A stretch of 64,000 bases of DNA from the NCBI GenBank assembly GCA_016124735.1, contig WGMZ01000030.1, forward strand, positions 8,454 to 72,453, written 5' to 3'. Shown here piece after piece: positions 29,681 through 40,162 of this stretch. Numbering within the stretch: position 1 is the first letter of the stretch; every line of letters begins with the position of its first letter. Position numbers and translations under genes: made by a program. The notes under the pieces were generated by a model that worked only from the letters and a program-made list of their open reading frames with translations, was not told where the DNA came from and searched no databases. The stretch is from Bacteroidota bacterium. Its GTDB lineage: Bacteria > Bacteroidota > Bacteroidia > UBA8524.

Positions 29681-31015
29681 TCAAAATGTCAAAAACTCAA
29701 TACGACGCCCATTGCTTCCCTCAATTATTTGTGTTCCATCCCAAACCTGCTCCCCATTTACCCAGGTACCCGCAACGCTGGAACTGAAGGTATGGCCTTC
29801 GAAAGGCGACCACTTACAAAGGGAAATAATTCCCGGTTCTTTCACGGTATAGGGTTTTTTCGCATCCAGAATACATAGATCGGCAAAATAACCTTCGCGC
29901 ACATAGCCTCGGTCTTTTATCCGAAATAGAATAGCGGGATTGTGACACATTTTTTGCACCAGGGTTTCCATGTTCATCCTTCCATTGTCTACCTGGTCTT
30001 TCATCGCCTGCAAGGCAAACTGAACCAATGGTCCACCGGAAGGTGCCGATGTGTATGGGTTCCTTTTTTCCTCTTTGGTATGTGGCGCATGGTCTGTGGC
30101 AATTACATCAATCCGGTTATCTATAACCGCCTGCCAGATTCCTTCCCTGTCGTCCGCTGTTTTAATTGCGGGGTTCCATTTAATCCACATACCTTTTTCC
30201 TCATAATCGGCATCGCTGAACCACAAATGGTGAATACATGCCTCCGCAGTAATGCGCTTTTTCTCCAATGGAAGGTCATTATTGAATAACAGACATTCTT
30301 TAGCTGTAGAAATATGGTACACATGCAATCGGGTATCATGTTTTTTAGCCAATTCCACAGCACTGCTGCTACTCAAATAGCAAGCCTCTTCACTGCGGAT
30401 CAAAGGATGGGCCCAGGCGGGAATATCATCTCCATAACGCGCTTTATATATTTCCGTGTTTGCCCGGATGGTCGCTTCATCTTCACAATGTGTAATGATT
30501 AGATGAGGTACTTCCGAAAATATGCGTTCTAATACCCGCAAATCATCTACCAGCATATTACCAGTGGATGAACCCATGAATATTTTAATCCCCGAAAAGG
30601 TGCTGTAATCCGCTCGGAGTAAATCCTCCAGGTTATCGTTGGATGCCCCGAGGTTGAAAGAGTAATTGGCTATGGATCGTTGAGCCGCGATGGCGAATTT
30701 ATCCTCCAACAACCGGGTGTTTAGTGCCGGAGGGCGAGTATTCGGTTGTTCGATATAACTGGTTACCCCTCCAGCCACAGCCGCCCTTGATTCATTAAAA
30801 ATAGTGGCTTTGTGTGTTAAACCCGGTTCACGAAAATGCACCTGATCATCTATGATTCCTGGTAAGAGAAAACTTCCCTGCACATCAATCACTTCGTCCG
30901 CATCAGAAATGGACGATGCAATTTTCTCAATCCTTGCTCCTTTCACCAAAACGTCGCATTCCTGAATTTTCCCTTCATTGACCAATCGTGCGTTTTTAAA
31001 GAGTTTCGTTTTCAT
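29681..31015 (-). CDS. pyrC: Dihydroorotase (about 445 aa, allantoinase-like type)
   Basis: ATG at 31015 gives MKTKLFKNARLV. Motifs are GIIDDQVHFREPG, GGVTSYIEQPNT, GIKIFMGSSTG, ITHCEDE, HVYHISTAKE and ATDHAPH. The longer track ORF (to 31132) adds 39 residues that do not fit the family. Confidence 0.8.
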   Translation of the reverse strand: MKTKLFKNARLVNEGKIQECDVLVKGARIEKIASSISDADEVIDVQGSFLLPGIIDDQVHFREPGLTHKATIFNESRAAVAGGVTSYIEQPNTRPPALNTRLLEDKFAIAAQRSIANYSFNLGASNDNLEDLLRADYSTFSGIKIFMGSSTGNMLVDDLRVLERIFSEVPHLIITHCEDEATIRANTEIYKARYGDDIPAWAHPLIRSEEACYLSSSSAVELAKKHDTRLHVYHISTAKECLLFNNDLPLEKKRITAEACIHHLWFSDADYEEKGMWIKWNPAIKTADDREGIWQAVIDNRIDVIATDHAPHTKEEKRNPYTSAPSGGPLVQFALQAMKDQVDNGRMNMETLVQKMCHNPAILFRIKDRGYVREGYFADLCILDAKKPYTVKEPGIISLCKWSPFEGHTFSSSVAGTWVNGEQVWDGTQIIEGSNGRRIEFLTF

Positions 31016-31057
31016 CTTCGCGAAATTAAAACCTTCTGTCGGCATCTGCCCGATGTT

Positions 31058-31519
31058 TTGTTTCTTGCAAATACATTGAGGCAGAAAAAATTCAATATAC
31101 GGGTTTATGGCATGCTGCTGAGAGACGGCCATCTTTTGCTATCAGATGAGGTTTACAAGGGCATGAAGATGACCAAATATGCAGGAGGCGGTTTAGAATG
31201 GGGCGAAGGACTGGCAGATGCCCTTCGTCGCGAATTCCTGGAAGAATGGGATTTGGAAATCCGGGTTCTGGACCTGGTTTATACCAATGATTTTTTTCAG
31301 CAAAGTGCGTTTAACGAAGACGACCAACTCCTTTCCGTTTATTACCGGGTGGAAGAATTGGACCCCTCCTATTTGAATGAAATAATTCAGAAGAATGAGC
31401 ATAGGGAGGAACGCTTATTCTGGGTACCATTGGACGAATTATTGCCAGAAATGCTCACTTTCCCGGTAGACCAACAGGCGACAATCCACCTGCTTTCTTC
31501 ATCACCACAGAACGAATAA
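31058..31519 (+). CDS. NUDIX hydrolase
   Basis: The Nudix box is GGGLEWGEGLADALRREFLEEWDL (G-x5-E-x7-REUxEE). The first beta strand (FNIRVYG) precedes the first ATG at 31112, so a TTG start at 31058 or 31076 is implied and the start is uncertain. Confidence 0.65.
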   Translation: MFLANTLRQKKFNIRVYGMLLRDGHLLLSDEVYKGMKMTKYAGGGLEWGEGLADALRREFLEEWDLEIRVLDLVYTNDFFQQSAFNEDDQLLSVYYRVEELDPSYLNEIIQKNEHREERLFWVPLDELLPEMLTFPVDQQATIHLLSSSPQNE

Positions 31520-32126
31520 AGCCTTTGTAGAAAAAGTCCTCCTTTTCTATTAGGTAACCAGATTGAACGAACATTTCGGGAACATGGAAAACCCGACGGG
31601 TGCTTAATTCGGTGGTGAATTGGAAAAATCTTAACATGGTATTCATCAGGATTCTCTGCCACCATGTTTCCGGTGGGATAAAATCAGACCAAAGCCACCA
31701 GGCTTCCGCACTGGTTTTTTTATCCAGAAGATGAAAAATTTCCATCAGCTCCTTTGCTTCAAATTGATCGAAAAAGAAAAAGGACAAGACCACATTGCAG
31801 GAAAATTCATCTGGCAAATCATCCTGTGTACCATGAATAAAATGAACCTTTTGATTATCCTGATGGGTGCAGGCTTCCTCGCTTTTTCGAATCATCTCGG
31901 AAGATTTTTCTACATAGTAAATGCATTCAGGCCGGGCCGATTCCAGTAAATCATTTAATAAGAATCCGGTTCCGCCGCCTATGAAGAGAATGCGCGCATT
32001 TATAGGGATGTCGTGGAGGAAGCGACGTTGGGATTTAGCGATGGCACCAAAGAACATGGCCTTTCCCAGCCAATCGTAGAAAGGGGCCAATAAGTTATAA
32101 TCGTTTTTTGCACGCGATTCCTTCAT
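31455..32126 (-). CDS. Class I SAM-dependent methyltransferase
   Basis: The SAM-binding motif is ILFIGGGTGFLLNDLL. The protein is 223 aa. The ATG lies 3 nt downstream of the giant adhesin stop. The 3' end overlaps the convergent NUDIX gene by 65 nt. Confidence 0.7.
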   Translation of the reverse strand: MKESRAKNDYNLLAPFYDWLGKAMFFGAIAKSQRRFLHDIPINARILFIGGGTGFLLNDLLESARPECIYYVEKSSEMIRKSEEACTHQDNQKVHFIHGTQDDLPDEFSCNVVLSFFFFDQFEAKELMEIFHLLDKKTSAEAWWLWSDFIPPETWWQRILMNTMLRFFQFTTELSTRRVFHVPEMFVQSGYLIEKEDFFYKGFIRSVVMKKAGGLSPVGLPGK

Positions 32127-32129
32127 GAA

Positions 32130-35100
32130 TTAGTGCAAGATAGTCACCGTTCCTTTGTCAGAAAAGCGACCATTCGGACCAATTTGTCCGGTTACATTGT
32201 AATTCACAAGATAGAGATAAACATTGTCGGGTGTCTGCTTCCCTCCAAATGTACCATCCCAGGATTCAGAAGGATTGAAGCTTTCAAATACCAGCTCTCC
32301 CCATCTGTTATAAATGAGCAGATGATATTTTTCGATGTAATCGCAGCCGTAGCCTTTAAACACTTCGTTTTTGCCATCCTGATTGACGGTAATGGCATTA
32401 GGGAAATAAAGCCGACAACCACAGTTATAGAATATAATCGACTGGCTAGCCTGGCAACCATTGCTGTCAATGACAAGTATTTGATGCATTCCTTCTCCAG
32501 AAATTGTCACCAGTGTGTCTGGTAAGAGTGCACCATCCCAGTAATAACTGTATCCATCCATGCCGTTGAATGAATACGGTTGATTTCCCAGTTTACATAC
32601 ATCTACCGAATCGTTGAATTCAACAACCAGTGGGGGAAATGCTTCTACTTTAAAAGTATCCGTGTAATAGCATCCTGAATCGCTTGCCGTTAACGCATAT
32701 GTTCCAGGGCCCGGAACCGTTAAAGTATCCCGTACAGTTATTCCTCCCTGAGTGAATACATAGTTTGAACTAAATTGATTCAATGCGATATTCACACCCT
32801 GACCACCACAATAGCCAGTATCATACATATCGAAGCGCGGCAGTGATTTTTGCTCTATCGGTAGAGAATCAAAACTATTGCAACGCACCTCATTCGTTGA
32901 TACGCGAAGGTATTTATCTGAATTTACCCATCGCTGTGACCCCGAATAGCCATCAGACCACTTCCAATTGACCGCGTTAGTCGTTACCTGAATCCTGACA
33001 CTATCTCCTTCACAAAAAACGGAATCGCCTTTTAATTCAATGGAATAATACGATTGTTCGACCAGGATCAGACTATCCAAAGCCATACATCCGGAATCCA
33101 ATCGCATTAAATTTACCTGACCTCCGGATTTCCCCCAATATTGACTCAGCGTATCCTGCTGGTCCCAGATGAGTATACCGGAATTAACAGAGCTCATTAA
33201 AGAGACTGAATCTCCGGAACAAAAAATACTATCCCCTATAATGTCCACAGAGATGGAATAACTTTCGATTAATAATGAATCACCCACGACACAACTGGAA
33301 TCTGTGAGTTGGTAAGGGTATAAACCAGGAGGTAACCGCCTGAAATGCGATGTGTCTGAATCCATCCATTGCAAGGTAAAATCTTTCGCAAGGTTGAAAT
33401 CGATTGTCAACGTATCCATATCACACGCAATGGTATCTGATGTCAGTGCGGAGCTATTAAATAATTTCCCCAGATAAAGATGTACGCTGTCTCGAACGAC
33501 GCAACCCGGCTGTTGATATTCCATCCAGTAAGTACCGGATGTATTTACCCACAATGTGTCCGCGAAGGACGAATCACTCCAAAAACGATTCCAGTCAGAA
33601 CCATAGTCCGGGAAAGGACTTAAAGCAATGGAATCCAATCCACAATACAAAGAATCGTTTGGTAGGAAAACAGGATTCAGTAGAGAAGGTCTTATGTTGA
33701 AGGTATCGTATACAACACATGAAACGTCGTAATATGCCTGTAGGAAATGTATTCCGGTATCGGAAAACCAGCTTTGCCAGTTTACGCGTGAGCCATTCAC
33801 ATAGATGGAATCAGCAGAAGCATAATAGGGTTGAAAATCGATGCGAATCGAGTCCGTACACATGTAGGTAGATTTTCCTGCAAATCGGCTTACCAAATTT
33901 GGATTGGAACCCTGAACCCAATTACCGGTATTTCCCGCTATTTGCGAATTGGTTCCAGCAAAGAAATTGGCTGTACCAATGGCTTCCACTTCTTCAATAA
34001 TCAAGAAATCACAGTTAAAACTGGCAGAATTTGAATTGACTGTTGGAGTAGTTCCGGACCCTTGAAGCAGGATTTGCAGGCAGTTATTTCCTATTGCGAA
34101 GAAATAATCTGAAACATTGATTGAAGAGCTGCTGTACATTTTAACAAAATGCGCTCCTTCTAAAAGAATTGAATCTGCGGTGAGGTTTTGAGTTGCTCCC
34201 AAATAAATACTCTTGTTCAGTTCGATTTTATCCGACAGAATGCTTCCATACAAAATAACAGTTCCTGCCTGAGCCGACCCACCTGGTGCAGACCCCGCCC
34301 GGAAGAAATGCATTTTTGTAGCAGAAGGTGAAGTCCGGTTATCATAATAACTGGCAGAACACCAGATATCTGAAGTATCTCCGGAAATTTTCCCGATTCC
34401 CTGCAACATGATCGCCCCAACTTCCAAAATTTTCCCTTTACCTAAAGTCAGCCGGGCTTTTGGATAATCACTGGTAGCGGCATTTACCCCTTTCATCCCA
34501 ATATTTATACTATTGACAACAAAGTGTGCAGATTGAATAACGCATTCGCCATTTTGACAATTGATGGTATTGACAGTTTGTGCATCTCCTACAATTTGGT
34601 GCGTGCCCTTTCCAGTTAAATCGAATGCGAGTGAGCCACCTTGAAAATTATTCAGCTTAATATCGCTCCCACCGATACCGTTTTGATTGAAATAGAGGTA
34701 GTCTGGCGTATAAATTAAAGGAGATAAATAGCAGCCGTATTGGGTGTACAAACGAATTGAGTAACTGTTCGTTGGGTAGTAATGGGTGAAGTTCACCTTT
34801 TTATTCAGGTTCGAGGCATCAAAATACGCACAAACAGTTACCCTCGCCGTATCCAGGAACACTGTATCCTGGTTTTGCGAAAAGGAATTCTGATCGAATA
34901 TCACCGTGTCATTATAGCTTGGCAGACAGTTTCCACCTGAACCGCCGCTACTGGTAGCCCAGTGTGAAGGGTCCTGCCACTTGCCTGTTCCCCCTACCCA
35001 ATACTTTTTACCGGATGTGCCCGAAGAAACCGTGAAACCCGATGAGAAGTGCATTTTCGCAGAATTGTTGGCCGTAATTCCAGCCTTACCGGTCATCGTA

Positions 35101-37139
35101 ACATCGTTAAAATCGACATAATCCAGCGCTAGCTGTGTGGAAGACAAAAACTCAAAATGTGCCCCATTAATAAAAGTCCTGTTTGAACAAATACCCTGAA
35201 TGGAAGCCAGATTATTCACTTTGAAGGTACCGGAAAAATGTTGTACACTCAGTTGCGTCCCTGCCGCGATCTGAAGTGAATCCAGAACAAACCCCGAAGT
35301 ATACATTGAAAGTACATCCGCTATTTCCAGCCTGGTAATTCGGGACTGGTACAGGTAGGCACTTGGAGGTGACTGACTGGTGTATGAGAATTTCACATGG
35401 GGTAATACATAGTTATTTCCGGTCAGGTAGGCATATTCGCTCACATAAATATGAGAACCTTGGGCATTTAGCGAACCATTACTTAAAGTGAAAGAAATTC
35501 TCTCCGCCTCAATGATGCTGTTTAGCATGGACAATTGAATATTTAGTAGGGATGAAAAGCCAAATTGATGACAACGCAGATAGCGGTTATCAAAATTTAC
35601 AATACCATTCAGAATCTGAATTTGGTACGAATAGATGGAATCATCTAAAAATTTGAGCTCTTTGCCATCGTTGGTCACTTCTATATAATTCAGAGGAGTC
35701 TTGCCAAAGGAAGCCGTGGCATCCTTGTCCAGATAAAAACGAATTGAAGCACTATCCAATCCCGGAACCTCGACCCCAATCGATACATTACCGAAAATGT
35801 TGAAAATATTAGTCGGACGCACCAGGGGATTGAACACGACTTTATCCGTACTAATTTTCAGTCCCCCGAAATTCGCCTCTAACTCAATAAATACTGTGTC
35901 TGTCTGCGTGAAAGAATTGGCATCAAATACAGCTGTATCTCCTTCGTTTGGGAGGCAGGAAGCCGATAAGCCGCCAGAGCTCAAAGACCAATGGGAAGGG
36001 TCTCCCAGATTACCATTCCCCCCTATCCAATAGTAGGTTTGATAATTCGAAGTGTTAAAGGTAATTCCACTATTTCCTACGGCATCTGTACTGTTACTGG
36101 CACTCACATTACTACTGAAGGTCATGTAACGAAATACGACATGATCAAGGTTAGATGAAGTTATGCCGGAAATCGTGGCGCCAGTAAGAGTATATCCAAC
36201 CAGCCGGACCGGATGAAGGCAACTTCCTGTAGCTTCCATACGATGGATTGTATAGGATCCGGGATTGAAGTTCACCAAACGTCCCGAGTCAATACTGAAT
36301 GTGTCTATGATTCCATTCGATGAATTGAACATCATATCGTCATTCTCACAAAAAAGATGTTCTATTTCTGTATTGTACGCAAGAACCATGGCGTTTGAAT
36401 AAGTTGATGCCGTATGAACCCGTCCCATTCGGGTATAGCCATTCATGGGAGAATTAATCATAGATAATCCGACCAACACCGATTGGGTCGAAACAAATGT
36501 ATCATTGTCCATTTGAAGCGTTCCTATCTGGCAATATTCCTGGCATTCCACGTCCATCCTTGCTTTAAAACTACCGTAGAGTGTATTGCTATAAACAGCT
36601 TTTAGATAGAATGAATCGGCTTGAATGCTAAGATGACCTTGAGAAAGATTAAGCGTTTGAATTTGGGCATAATCCGGAAAGGTCCAATTCCCGTTTCCTC
36701 GGAGAGTTAAGTTGAAAATGGAGGCTCCGCTGATATCAAAAATATTATCGTAGCCGTTAGAAAAGACCGAAACATAATTATTCCAATTGAATCCATTACG
36801 AAGCGTTAAATCACCATTCACGTAAAATTCTCCACTTGCTCCCGTTTTGAAAAAAGGAATATCATATGTAGACTGAAAGCTAAAATTATTGGAATAAGCA
36901 ATGGAAGGAATAAAGACCGTGTCATTAGATGAGGAGAAGCTATTGGCATCGAAAATCACATTGTCATTTACCCCCGGAATCACCGTATAACTCGGAATTC
37001 CTCCGGAATTGGAAGACCAGTGACTAATGTCTGCCCAGGTGCCTTTTCCCCCAACCCAATAATAATCAGAGCCTAATGAGATTGTGCATAGCTGTATAAG
37101 ACTGAAAAGCAAGAGTGCCCTGCATAGCATTTGGTTCAT
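32130..37139 (-). CDS. Giant (1669 aa) cell-surface adhesin-like protein with T9SS type B (gliding-motility-associated) C-terminal domain
   Basis: It has a signal peptide. Three ~340-aa modules each open with YYW(V/I)GG.G.W.D.SHW...SGG...P...D.V.FD.NSF...DTVF. Cys-containing ~80-aa repeats follow (GDS.FC.GDSV). The C-terminus is CRLYFPNAITVNQDGKNEVF...IYNRWGELVFES...WDG...VYLYLVNY. Confidence 0.8.
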   Translation of the reverse strand: MNQMLCRALLLFSLIQLCTISLGSDYYWVGGKGTWADISHWSSNSGGIPSYTVIPGVNDNVIFDANSFSSSNDTVFIPSIAYSNNFSFQSTYDIPFFKTGASGEFYVNGDLTLRNGFNWNNYVSVFSNGYDNIFDISGASIFNLTLRGNGNWTFPDYAQIQTLNLSQGHLSIQADSFYLKAVYSNTLYGSFKARMDVECQEYCQIGTLQMDNDTFVSTQSVLVGLSMINSPMNGYTRMGRVHTASTYSNAMVLAYNTEIEHLFCENDDMMFNSSNGIIDTFSIDSGRLVNFNPGSYTIHRMEATGSCLHPVRLVGYTLTGATISGITSSNLDHVVFRYMTFSSNVSASNSTDAVGNSGITFNTSNYQTYYWIGGNGNLGDPSHWSLSSGGLSASCLPNEGDTAVFDANSFTQTDTVFIELEANFGGLKISTDKVVFNPLVRPTNIFNIFGNVSIGVEVPGLDSASIRFYLDKDATASFGKTPLNYIEVTNDGKELKFLDDSIYSYQIQILNGIVNFDNRYLRCHQFGFSSLLNIQLSMLNSIIEAERISFTLSNGSLNAQGSHIYVSEYAYLTGNNYVLPHVKFSYTSQSPPSAYLYQSRITRLEIADVLSMYTSGFVLDSLQIAAGTQLSVQHFSGTFKVNNLASIQGICSNRTFINGAHFEFLSSTQLALDYVDFNDVTMTGKAGITANNSAKMHFSSGFTVSSGTSGKKYWVGGTGKWQDPSHWATSSGGSGGNCLPSYNDTVIFDQNSFSQNQDTVFLDTARVTVCAYFDASNLNKKVNFTHYYPTNSYSIRLYTQYGCYLSPLIYTPDYLYFNQNGIGGSDIKLNNFQGGSLAFDLTGKGTHQIVGDAQTVNTINCQNGECVIQSAHFVVNSINIGMKGVNAATSDYPKARLTLGKGKILEVGAIMLQGIGKISGDTSDIWCSASYYDNRTSPSATKMHFFRAGSAPGGSAQAGTVILYGSILSDKIELNKSIYLGATQNLTADSILLEGAHFVKMYSSSSINVSDYFFAIGNNCLQILLQGSGTTPTVNSNSASFNCDFLIIEEVEAIGTANFFAGTNSQIAGNTGNWVQGSNPNLVSRFAGKSTYMCTDSIRIDFQPYYASADSIYVNGSRVNWQSWFSDTGIHFLQAYYDVSCVVYDTFNIRPSLLNPVFLPNDSLYCGLDSIALSPFPDYGSDWNRFWSDSSFADTLWVNTSGTYWMEYQQPGCVVRDSVHLYLGKLFNSSALTSDTIACDMDTLTIDFNLAKDFTLQWMDSDTSHFRRLPPGLYPYQLTDSSCVVGDSLLIESYSISVDIIGDSIFCSGDSVSLMSSVNSGILIWDQQDTLSQYWGKSGGQVNLMRLDSGCMALDSLILVEQSYYSIELKGDSVFCEGDSVRIQVTTNAVNWKWSDGYSGSQRWVNSDKYLRVSTNEVRCNSFDSLPIEQKSLPRFDMYDTGYCGGQGVNIALNQFSSNYVFTQGGITVRDTLTVPGPGTYALTASDSGCYYTDTFKVEAFPPLVVEFNDSVDVCKLGNQPYSFNGMDGYSYYWDGALLPDTLVTISGEGMHQILVIDSNGCQASQSIIFYNCGCRLYFPNAITVNQDGKNEVFKGYGCDYIEKYHLLIYNRWGELVFESFNPSESWDGTFGGKQTPDNVYLYLVNYNVTGQIGPNGRFSDKGTVTILH

Positions 37140-37186
37140 CCGACTAAATTACTTAATTACCCCCTCATTAATTAGGTGCCTTTTCT

Positions 37187-40162
37187 TTATTTCATATTTC
37201 GCAACAAGGTTATGGTGCCTTCTGAATTGTAACGGGTATATCTGCCATCTTCCGCTTCACTCAGGTAAGTCACCCGGTAGACATATACTCCCTCCTGGCA
37301 GGGTGAACCTTTAAATGTTCCATCCCAGGAATCAAAGGAATTGGTGCTTTGAAAAACAAGAGTTCCCCATCGATTATAGATAGAAAGCTTAAACTCACGG
37401 ATTAATCCTTCGCAACCTTTCCATTCATAGCGGCTGTTTAAATTGTCTTTGTTGGGTGTGAATGCATTGGGGAAATACAGCTCGCAGCCGCACCCATAAA
37501 CGGTGGAGCTACCCTGCATTTCACAATTTAAACTATCAAAGACCTGATAGACCACAGCACCCGTTTTGTCCGGAACGGTAATCCCGTCGCTGACCATTAA
37601 TATTCCATCCCAATACATTACATAATCAGAAGGAACTTCAATTATCAGTTTTCGGTCCTTTAAGTCGCAGAAAGAAACAGAATCCGGAATTGAAAAGGGT
37701 ATGTTTTTCTGATAATACGTGCTAAACGTATCCGATTTAATGCATTTTCCTTTATACCAGCTTACTATCCAATTGCCTTCCCCTTCTACTAAAAACGAAT
37801 CGGCTACTGCATTTTGATTGAGTTCAAACTCCACTCCTGGAAACACAGGTACCCGAAGATAAACAGTATCGTTGGCGCATAGTTGCCGATCCGGCCAGGA
37901 AGTATCGGGTAAAACCACGGAAAAGATTTGGACACTGTCTTTCTTATAGCACCCATATTTTTCTGCCCTTACCCGATAAATTCCTTGCTGATTGAACCAA
38001 TGATAGGCTGTGGTAACTCCATCTTCCCATCTCCAGGAATTTCCAGTTCCCGTCGCCTTAATTTGTGTGCTGTCATATTCACAGAATGTACTGTCTCCAC
38101 TGAAGCTTATCACAGGCAATGCGATTTTTTGAAGTGTTACGGTATCGGAGGCAACACAGCCACTGTCAGAACGAACAAGCGTGATTGTTCCGGATTGATT
38201 CTGATAAACCTCAGACGATGAATCCGAGCTACTCCATTGGAAACTGCCTGCTGCAGGTAATCCTTTTAAAAGAGTACTGTCTCCATCGCAGAAAAAGGTA
38301 TCTCCTAATATTTGAACATGAATCTGTATCAACTCCACCCGGACGGTATCGGAATACCAACAAGATGAATCGCGATTAATCAGAAAATAAGACCCTGCCC
38401 GACTCACAAATCGATCAATTCTCGTTGAATCATCTGACCACACATAAGTTATTCCTGCCTGAAATGGAACGGTAATTTGAGCTGAATCACCAAGACAAAA
38501 GCTTGTATCGCTGAGCGATAAAATATTGGGTCGAGATCGGGCGATATACACTTCCTGACTATCGCTTTTCTCACATCCATTTCTGCTAGCATGTAAATAG
38601 TAGATATCAGATGAATCAGCCAGATGATGGTACAGGGTATCTCCGATTGATTCCGACCATTTGAGTTGCCAACCGGAAAGCAGAGCCGAATCTGCAATAA
38701 TTTGATATGATGTTGCTCCACAAATAAAGGTGTCGGCCGGGAGAAAATCTTTGATTGCATCGTACGATGAAATATGCGCCGTATCCAATACGAAACAATT
38801 GTTCGCATAATCTACTCTGAGCGCATAGTCTCCTTCATGCGCAAACCATGCTATGACAGAGTCCTGTCCATCGGACCAATTCCAGGACTTGCCTGTTCCA
38901 TAAAAGGAGCGCAGGTCAATGCGCAGGGAATCTTTACAAATGGTATACGGATACGCGGCTACACTGTAGGCAAAATGGCTGTTCGGATTGATAAACCAGT
39001 TCCCGGTGTTCCCGTTCAATACAGAGTACCCTCCCGCATCAAAATTTGCAGAACCAGTGGCTTTTACTCCATTCACAAAGAGATAATCGCATTGAAAAAG
39101 GGCAAAATCAGAGGAAATAAAACCTGGCCCGTCCGAGGTCGAACCCAATTCAGTCCGCAAGCAGGCATTGCCCACCATTTGAAAGAGTTGATTGACCTTA
39201 AGGCTATCATTTGGCCAAACAATCGCTTTTTCTGAAGAATAGAAATAGAGGCTATCGGCTTCTATACTGGCTTTAAACTGAATATTACCGGTAATCTCCA
39301 TTTTTGGAGTTTTAACCTGCATTTCAACAATTAAATCAACCCATTGATTATTGTATCGAATCGACTCTCCTGTAATCTGTTTGATGGAGGTAGGGTAATA
39401 ATTAACCGAATGGTTGACCAGACTCGAGTGGAATAAGATATGTGCAGAATCCGCAACGACATAGCCGTTCGATTCCATTCCAAATGTATTCAGCTCCAAT
39501 AAACCCTGACGCAAATACGCCCTGGCAAATAAAAAGCTGGGATTTGCAACAGCACCTACCCATACTTCCTCGAAATGCGAGTACGCTTCCGTAAAATGGG
39601 CCAAACCATAATTTATATAAAGCGAACCTGCATTTTTTCCTGTTCCATAAAGCGAGTAGTTTCCTCCTCCATAAATCTGACAGGCTAACTTGTCTGAGGA
39701 AGTATTTTTATAGTCGATCGATTGAATTCCGCTTCCGTAGAAACTCAAAATAACCTGAAGCTCTAGAAGTGGACTAAACACCGCCGAGCCAGCTACGCTG
39801 ATTCCCTTTGAGTAGGCATAATTATCAGCAACTATCAGGCAAGGCCTGTTTACCCTGTTTGCATTGAAATATGCGCATACTGCCGGATAAGCAGAGTCAA
39901 TATGCACGATCTGACCATCGGCCGAAAAAGAGTTTTCATCCAAAAAAACACTATCTGCAAAACCAGGAATGCAGCGAGCGGAAGGCCCACCGCTTGTATT
40001 CGACCAATTTGCAGGATCGCTCCATAAGCCGTCATTTCCAATCCAGTAATAAGCCTTTCCAGGAAAAGTGGCGACACTGAAGCCGTTGCATTTCATGAAT
40101 TGGCTAGAATTCATCGCCACAATATTCGACTTGCCATACATTTCCACCATGCGAAAATTCAC
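37187..40162 (-). CDS. C-terminal 991-aa fragment of a second giant adhesin paralogue (carries the T9SS type B CTD, no signal peptide)
   Basis: It starts at the codon immediately after the TAA of the upstream ORF, in the same frame. It is homologous to residues ~680-1669 of the 32130..37139 protein and contains the third YYWIGN.GLWSDPANW...SGG module. The C-terminus is CELYFPNAFTPNKDNLN...IYNRWGTLVFQS...WDG...GVYVYRVTY. It is probably part of one disrupted gene spanning 37187..42214. Confidence 0.7.
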   Translation of the reverse strand: MNFRMVEMYGKSNIVAMNSSQFMKCNGFSVATFPGKAYYWIGNDGLWSDPANWSNTSGGPSARCIPGFADSVFLDENSFSADGQIVHIDSAYPAVCAYFNANRVNRPCLIVADNYAYSKGISVAGSAVFSPLLELQVILSFYGSGIQSIDYKNTSSDKLACQIYGGGNYSLYGTGKNAGSLYINYGLAHFTEAYSHFEEVWVGAVANPSFLFARAYLRQGLLELNTFGMESNGYVVADSAHILFHSSLVNHSVNYYPTSIKQITGESIRYNNQWVDLIVEMQVKTPKMEITGNIQFKASIEADSLYFYSSEKAIVWPNDSLKVNQLFQMVGNACLRTELGSTSDGPGFISSDFALFQCDYLFVNGVKATGSANFDAGGYSVLNGNTGNWFINPNSHFAYSVAAYPYTICKDSLRIDLRSFYGTGKSWNWSDGQDSVIAWFAHEGDYALRVDYANNCFVLDTAHISSYDAIKDFLPADTFICGATSYQIIADSALLSGWQLKWSESIGDTLYHHLADSSDIYYLHASRNGCEKSDSQEVYIARSRPNILSLSDTSFCLGDSAQITVPFQAGITYVWSDDSTRIDRFVSRAGSYFLINRDSSCWYSDTVRVELIQIHVQILGDTFFCDGDSTLLKGLPAAGSFQWSSSDSSSEVYQNQSGTITLVRSDSGCVASDTVTLQKIALPVISFSGDSTFCEYDSTQIKATGTGNSWRWEDGVTTAYHWFNQQGIYRVRAEKYGCYKKDSVQIFSVVLPDTSWPDRQLCANDTVYLRVPVFPGVEFELNQNAVADSFLVEGEGNWIVSWYKGKCIKSDTFSTYYQKNIPFSIPDSVSFCDLKDRKLIIEVPSDYVMYWDGILMVSDGITVPDKTGAVVYQVFDSLNCEMQGSSTVYGCGCELYFPNAFTPNKDNLNSRYEWKGCEGLIREFKLSIYNRWGTLVFQSTNSFDSWDGTFKGSPCQEGVYVYRVTYLSEAEDGRYTRYNSEGTITLLRNMK

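Noticed and set aside
29681-31015. In the second, apparently functional dihydroorotase the first His of the HxH motif is Gln (IDDQVHFREPG).
   Set aside because: All other ligand motifs are intact (KIFMG, HCEDE, HISTAKE, DHAPH). I believe this Q-x-H form is the normal state of the long Bacteroidota-type enzyme, though I cannot verify that here. I recorded it only as context for the degenerate paralogue.
31455-31519. The NUDIX and methyltransferase genes converge with a 65-nt overlap of their 3' ends.
   Set aside because: Both stops are unambiguous in the sequence, and the overlap only involves poorly conserved-looking C-terminal tails. It is likely a benign extension of one or both ORFs rather than a regulatory feature.
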